In this document: positions 16,656-20,745 of the stretch, one piece after another
Layout of the letters: each line of letters opens with the position of its first letter
Numbering within the stretch: position 1 is the stretch's first letter
IMG/VR virus record: IMGVR_UViG_3300043438_001962
DNA from: a virus
Taxonomy: Duplodnaviria; Heunggongvirae; Uroviricota; Caudoviricetes
Reading direction: 5' to 3' (one strand)
DNA length: 20,745 nucleotides
The notes under the pieces: model-generated
The model's database searches: none
What the model was told of the DNA's origin: nothing
The model's input: the letters and a program-made list of their open reading frames with translations, nothing else
Position numbers and translations under genes: made by a program

Positions 16656-16663
16656 TATAAATA
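16656..16663 (-). promoter_or_regulatory. TATTTATA motif, candidate late promoter
   Basis: It sits in the 30-nt intergenic gap, 17 nt before the start at 16638. Confidence 0.5.
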
Positions 16664-16668
16664 GTTCG

Positions 16669-16974
16669 TTATTGGAAATCGAATATCTCAAAGTCCATAA
16701 ATTCAAAATATTCGTAATCTTGGAATTGTTTTGGAACTGGTGGTAATAAGTTACAATATACCACTTCAAATCTTTCACAACCATCCCCATAAATGACTTT
16801 AATACCTACTGCGGCAACATTATTAAATTGTGAAGGTAACACAATAATATTATCCGGAGGTACTGAAGTAACTATTGTTGCAATTAACGCACAATGATTA
16901 CCATAAACATCACACGCATAAATTGTATACGGGAAGTTTGAACCTGTAATTGCTTGTATGTTAATTGCTGTCAT
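16669..16974 (-). CDS. 101-aa small beta-rich (Ig-like) hypothetical virion protein with acidic/aromatic tail
   Basis: It is paralogous to 20115-20330 (ITG..P(Y/F).(I/V)Y.CD and IKVI...(G/N)CE) and has a C-terminal KQFQDYEYFEFMDFEIFDFQ. It is tightly packed in the operon. Confidence 0.7.
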   Translation of the reverse strand: MTAINIQAITGSNFPYTIYACDVYGNHCALIATIVTSVPPDNIIVLPSQFNNVAAVGIKVIYGDGCERFEVVYCNLLPPVPKQFQDYEYFEFMDFEIFDFQ

Positions 16975-16977
16975 ATA

Positions 16978-19197
16978 TTAAAAAGTATATAATGGGTTTG
17001 TTGGTAATTGAAGAACACCATTTATTACTGTTGCAACGACATCACTAAATACACTATTAGAAACACCATTAACAATAGGTGATGCTAAAATTCTAAAAGA
17101 TTTAACATTATTTGGGTCTGTTAATTCAACTCTATAATGATAGACGGAAACAAATTGTTGAATACCTCCACCGCTCGATGTTCCGATTGATGTAAAATTA
17201 TTACAAGTTAATGCGGATAACGAAGGTATTTGTGTATAAGGTGAACTACTACCTGAAAAAGGTACTGTTGAGTTAAGATAATTATTTAGCCAATAAAACC
17301 CATGGAGAGTTGATGCACTAACAACGGTTGGTGGATTTTCTACAAAATATAAAGATGCCCCAAAAGGTCTAACATATTTAGAACCAGTATTGGTTGTGAA
17401 ATCTTCAATATTTGTTACTCCGGTTGAACTAACATTAACATTTCTAATTATATCGTTAATGATGGTTTGACAACTAATATCACAAGGGTCAAACGGTGGT
17501 AAACCGTCAGATATTGTTGGCATTGTGATGTTTAAAGTATAAACCCCTCCTGTATCTCCGGTTGTTACTATACTAGAATAATGTATATCATATTTTACAA
17601 CAGTTGTTCCATCTCCACAAGGATTAGATTGGGGTTGTTTTGGTATATATAACTCAAAATATCTATAATAATTTGGGTCGGCAGGATTTGATGGTGTTCC
17701 ATAATAAGGTGACAACAAATCATAAGATGATTTATAATGTATTAAATCACTTAAACTACTAAATTCCATTTTAATTACTCCTTGTCCTGATGGACCAGTG
17801 TTTTCTTTTTTAAATTTAATTGTATTTGTGTTAGGGGGTGAACAAGTTGGTGTTGTAGTAAAGTTATAATTTGCAGAACAGGTTGTAGAGTCCCAATCTA
17901 ATGTGTTAGGGAAGTTCCTATTAAGTAGTCCTGTACTATTATTGGTGCTTACCTCAGAGAACTGTGTCGTATTGATAGCTGTTATAGTTGTTACTTGATA
18001 TTTGTAAATATCGTTATCAGTTATAGCACTTGAGGTACAACCTGATAAATTAAGATTAACTATAATTGATGAACAAGAACCTGTAAAACCAGTAATAGAT
18101 GATGATTGTATTTTATATGGTGTATTTAAATAATCGTATAAACATAAATCACAGTCAAAGGTGTCCATACAAGTAAAATAAAAATCCCATTCCGTTTGTG
18201 GGTTAATTTGATTTGGAATTACTTCTAAAATTAAATAATCTCCGGGACTTCTTGTTAATGATGTTAATGATGTTACTTTTGAAAAATAATTTGAAGTATC
18301 GGCTGATTTTGGAAAAGTTAATAAATTAATAAATGAAGTTCCAAGGTCACCTCCAACTACCCAATACTCTAAAATAATTGGGTCTGTATATGCTGAACCA
18401 TAAAACGTAATTTTAAGTGAGTCCGGTATATTAAACCCTCGAAATTTCCAAGAAAAATAATCGGTTGTTAAATCTAATTCAAATGTTGATTGTAAAGTTA
18501 ATGGAGTTACACCTGCGGCTGCTCCAGCAAAATTAACCCTATGAGTATAATTGTTCGGTAACGGTACTGTTCCATTGTCACAAGTAAAAGGTTGAACATT
18601 AACTGTTGTTGCGTTAAAACATTCTAACTCGGCTTGAATATAACCAGTTCCACCTGTTTGAGAATAATTAAGTCCATTTAGTTTAACTTTATCAATTACA
18701 GGTATATAAGTTCCTGCTGGCTGCATTGGAGAATTAATACCTACTAATGGATGTGTAAAATCTCTTGGTAAAAAATTTATATCTTGACCAAAACCTGATG
18801 TGAAGGCAATATTTGTTGAAGAATTTGGTCCGTACCAAATTATTCTATAATCTGTAATGTCATTTTCACAACTACCGGTTAATTCTCCTGCGACAATTAA
18901 ACCAATAGTATTAGTTTGATATGAATCAAAGGATAACTCACAAGTTGTACATAAATCGTTAGATAATAAATCAAGTGTTGCACAACATTTTGATAATATG
19001 TCTATTATTCTAATTGTGGTAGTTAAATCGGGTACATTACCCATAACATACGGACATAACGGACCAAATAAACTATCATAACTTACGTTAGTTTGAAAAG
19101 GTGATGTATAATTATCAACGTTTGAATATATGTTAAATGTTCCACCTAAAAGGGTAGTTCCTAAATCGGTTAAACAAGTTGAAGCTGAAAACGGCAT
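16978..19197 (-). CDS. 739-aa beta-rich, Cys-containing hypothetical protein, probably a virion component
   Basis: It is a long ORF tightly packed in the structural operon, rich in Thr/Ser/Asn/Cys. I recognise no catalytic motif. Confidence 0.65.
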   Translation of the reverse strand: MPFSASTCLTDLGTTLLGGTFNIYSNVDNYTSPFQTNVSYDSLFGPLCPYVMGNVPDLTTTIRIIDILSKCCATLDLLSNDLCTTCELSFDSYQTNTIGLIVAGELTGSCENDITDYRIIWYGPNSSTNIAFTSGFGQDINFLPRDFTHPLVGINSPMQPAGTYIPVIDKVKLNGLNYSQTGGTGYIQAELECFNATTVNVQPFTCDNGTVPLPNNYTHRVNFAGAAAGVTPLTLQSTFELDLTTDYFSWKFRGFNIPDSLKITFYGSAYTDPIILEYWVVGGDLGTSFINLLTFPKSADTSNYFSKVTSLTSLTRSPGDYLILEVIPNQINPQTEWDFYFTCMDTFDCDLCLYDYLNTPYKIQSSSITGFTGSCSSIIVNLNLSGCTSSAITDNDIYKYQVTTITAINTTQFSEVSTNNSTGLLNRNFPNTLDWDSTTCSANYNFTTTPTCSPPNTNTIKFKKENTGPSGQGVIKMEFSSLSDLIHYKSSYDLLSPYYGTPSNPADPNYYRYFELYIPKQPQSNPCGDGTTVVKYDIHYSSIVTTGDTGGVYTLNITMPTISDGLPPFDPCDISCQTIINDIIRNVNVSSTGVTNIEDFTTNTGSKYVRPFGASLYFVENPPTVVSASTLHGFYWLNNYLNSTVPFSGSSSPYTQIPSLSALTCNNFTSIGTSSGGGIQQFVSVYHYRVELTDPNNVKSFRILASPIVNGVSNSVFSDVVATVINGVLQLPTNPLYTF

Positions 19198-19207
19198 ATT
19201 TTAATTT

Positions 19208-20113
19208 TTAAGTTTTATTATATAAGTAACCCTCTAATCCACAATCAATACACGGAGATGGAATTCCTGAAGATGTTGGTGTAGGAGTTGGAGTTGGTGT
19301 AGGTATAATTGATTCTGAACATAAAATACAATCCGCACCTATTTGACTTCCATAAGGACCAATTAGTAATGTAATATCATCAATACCGATTGTGTTATTA
19401 TTAACCCCAATATATCCAACACATATTACTGTCCCATTAACGTTAGCTTGATAAACTTGAAAATTTTCAATTGGGATATTTCCTGGTGTAACTAATTGAT
19501 TTGTGGTATAATACATCGTACCGTCATAACAATTTTGGAATTGATAACTATAAGGACATACAATACTATCATCAATTGTATTGAAAGTTACCCCTTGTTC
19601 AAAAGTACAAGTACGAGCAATTTGTGCCGATGGTGTCGGGGTCATTGTAGGTGTTGGTGTTGGAGTGGAAGTAACACTTTGAATTGTTGCACTTATAACT
19701 ACATTACAAAATTTAGTTGGTGTAGGTGTTGGTGTAGGTGTTAATGTAGTTGTACTAGTTACAGTTGGTGTTGGAGTTGTTTCAAAATCACAATCAAATA
19801 TTGCTGAGAAATTTAAATTTGCACAATTTAATGTTGGTGTGGGAGTTGGTGTTGGACACGCTCCAATAGAAAAATAAACATCATCTAAATCCGGACACGG
19901 GTTGAAACAAGGTGATTGACCCGATAAAAGACAAGACCCGTCTAAAACTGTTGATAAACACCATTGAGTTGACCCTGTGTTATAATAAATGGATAATCCA
20001 TTTGTTTGACCGGTCCAATATAGTTGAGAATTCCATGTCCCTGCACTAAAGTATAGGTCGTTAAATGTTGGGTAACCAGTGTTTGAAAGGCAATATGTAG
20101 AACTACACGGCAT
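19208..20113 (-). CDS. 301-aa Cys-rich modular protein with four Pro/Thr tracts (putative virion surface protein)
   Basis: Small Cys-flanked modules alternate with PTPTPT linkers. The start is 1 nt after the upstream stop. Confidence 0.7.
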   Translation of the reverse strand: MPCSSTYCLSNTGYPTFNDLYFSAGTWNSQLYWTGQTNGLSIYYNTGSTQWCLSTVLDGSCLLSGQSPCFNPCPDLDDVYFSIGACPTPTPTPTLNCANLNFSAIFDCDFETTPTPTVTSTTTLTPTPTPTPTKFCNVVISATIQSVTSTPTPTPTMTPTPSAQIARTCTFEQGVTFNTIDDSIVCPYSYQFQNCYDGTMYYTTNQLVTPGNIPIENFQVYQANVNGTVICVGYIGVNNNTIGIDDITLLIGPYGSQIGADCILCSESIIPTPTPTPTPTSSGIPSPCIDCGLEGYLYNKT

Positions 20114-20114
20114 A

Positions 20115-20330
20115 TTATAATGTTAGATTTAAAATTGATTCACAATTATTATTATCAATAACTTTTATATTAAAAGATGTTAACGAACTCCAAATAGGTG
20201 GTATTGTCACATTATATGGGAATGTTGAAATTGTGTCTATATATATTGATAAAGTAATAGGGTTATCACATAGATACACTTTAAAAGGAGATACTCCGGT
20301 AATATTACTTATAGTTATTTGTGTGCTCAT
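20115..20330 (-). CDS. 71-aa small beta-rich hypothetical protein, first gene of the leftward cluster
   Basis: It is a paralog of 16669-16974, has TATTTATT upstream, and its stop is 1 nt from the next ATG. Confidence 0.7.
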   Translation of the reverse strand: MSTQITISNITGVSPFKVYLCDNPITLSIYIDTISTFPYNVTIPPIWSSLTSFNIKVIDNNNCESILNLTL

Positions 20331-20346
20331 TTCTTTAGGTTATCTC

Positions 20347-20354
20347 AATAAATA
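20347..20354 (-). promoter_or_regulatory. TATTTATT variant of the candidate late promoter at the head of the leftward cluster
   Basis: It lies 16 nt before the start at 20330 and has one mismatch to TATTTATA. Confidence 0.4.
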
Positions 20355-20380
20355 TAATGGGAATGAAAAACTTGTGAAGA

Positions 20381-20411
20381 TTGACAGTTATATTATTTTT
20401 TCTTATCTTTG
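20381..20411 (+). promoter_or_regulatory. Host sigma-type promoter, Bacteroidota consensus TTG-N20-TAnnTTTG
   Basis: TTG(ACA) is at 20381 and TATCTTTG at 20404-20411, with a 20-nt spacer. The ATG follows 4 nt later. It can also be read as a canonical TTGACA-N17-TATCTT. Confidence 0.65.
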
Positions 20412-20415
20412 CTGT

Positions 20416-20745
20416 ATGTCAGATGATGCGGAAATTTTATTAGAAATACTACACGATATTCTTGGAGATGAAAAACTCCACTATGAATCAAAAGGTCAAA
20501 TATCTTTTGATTGTCCGATATGCGATGAAGACCAACATAAAGGAAACCTTGAGGTAAATTACTTTGAACACGTATATAAGTGTTGGAGTTGTGGTGACGA
20601 GAATAACACAAAAGGTCCTCTTGGTAAACTTATTGATAACTTTGGTGATAAGAAACAAAAGAAAATATATAACTTACTTCAACCTGAAAATCATAAACCA
20701 AAAGAGAAACGTAAAGATTATTTAAAGTTACCGACAGGTTTTACA
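20416..20745 (+). CDS. Probable DNA primase, N-terminal zinc-binding domain (3'-truncated; not in the ORF track)
   Basis: My translation is MSDDAEILLEILHDILG...SFDCPICDEDQHKGNLEVNYFEHVYKCWSCGD...LKLPTGFT, open to the window end. The CPxC...CWSC pair is typical of phage primase Zn domains. Confidence 0.7.
   Translation, partial: MSDDAEILLEILHDILGDEKLHYESKGQISFDCPICDEDQHKGNLEVNYFEHVYKCWSCGDENNTKGPLGKLIDNFGDKKQKKIYNLLQPENHKPKEKRKDYLKLPTGFT

Noticed and set aside
20393-20611. 72-aa - strand ORF in the track
   Set aside because: It overlaps the + strand primase-like frame, which has a clear Zn-binding motif and a promoter.
1-20745. Eukaryotic giant virus or bacterial contractile injection system as the source
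   Set aside because: The plant-like GT and Cys richness raised this possibility. However, tail-collar/baseplate-like genes, coupled operons, an intrinsic terminator, a bacterial promoter, and RuvC plus primase fit a tailed phage better. It cannot be fully excluded without the rest of the genome.

Overview
This AT-rich window most likely comes from a large tailed phage, probably infecting a Bacteroidota host. Two virion-structural modules converge on a bidirectional terminator at about 3770-3804. The + strand module has a 5'-truncated baseplate-like gene and a 1029-aa SprB-repeat/Pro-Thr protein. The long - strand cluster (20330 to 3803) encodes small Ig-like proteins, several Cys-rich proteins with mucin-like Pro/Thr tracts, a 1724-aa 15-residue-repeat fibre, an LRR protein, a tail-collar-like protein and a RuvC-like resolvase. 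A probable DNA primase gene starts divergently at 20416 behind a Bacteroidota-type TTG-N20-TAnnTTTG promoter. The ORF track missed this gene and a 59-aa antisense ORF at 11288-11467. The most notable signal is a GT-A glycosyltransferase (10229-11209) whose motifs resemble plant protein O-glycosyltransferases (SERGT1/HPAT), placed among four genes with long Pro/Thr tracts. This suggests a phage-encoded system for O-glycosylating its own virion proteins. A TATTTAT(A/T) motif precedes five start codons and is a candidate late promoter. All family assignments come from manual motif recognition; no database search was run.
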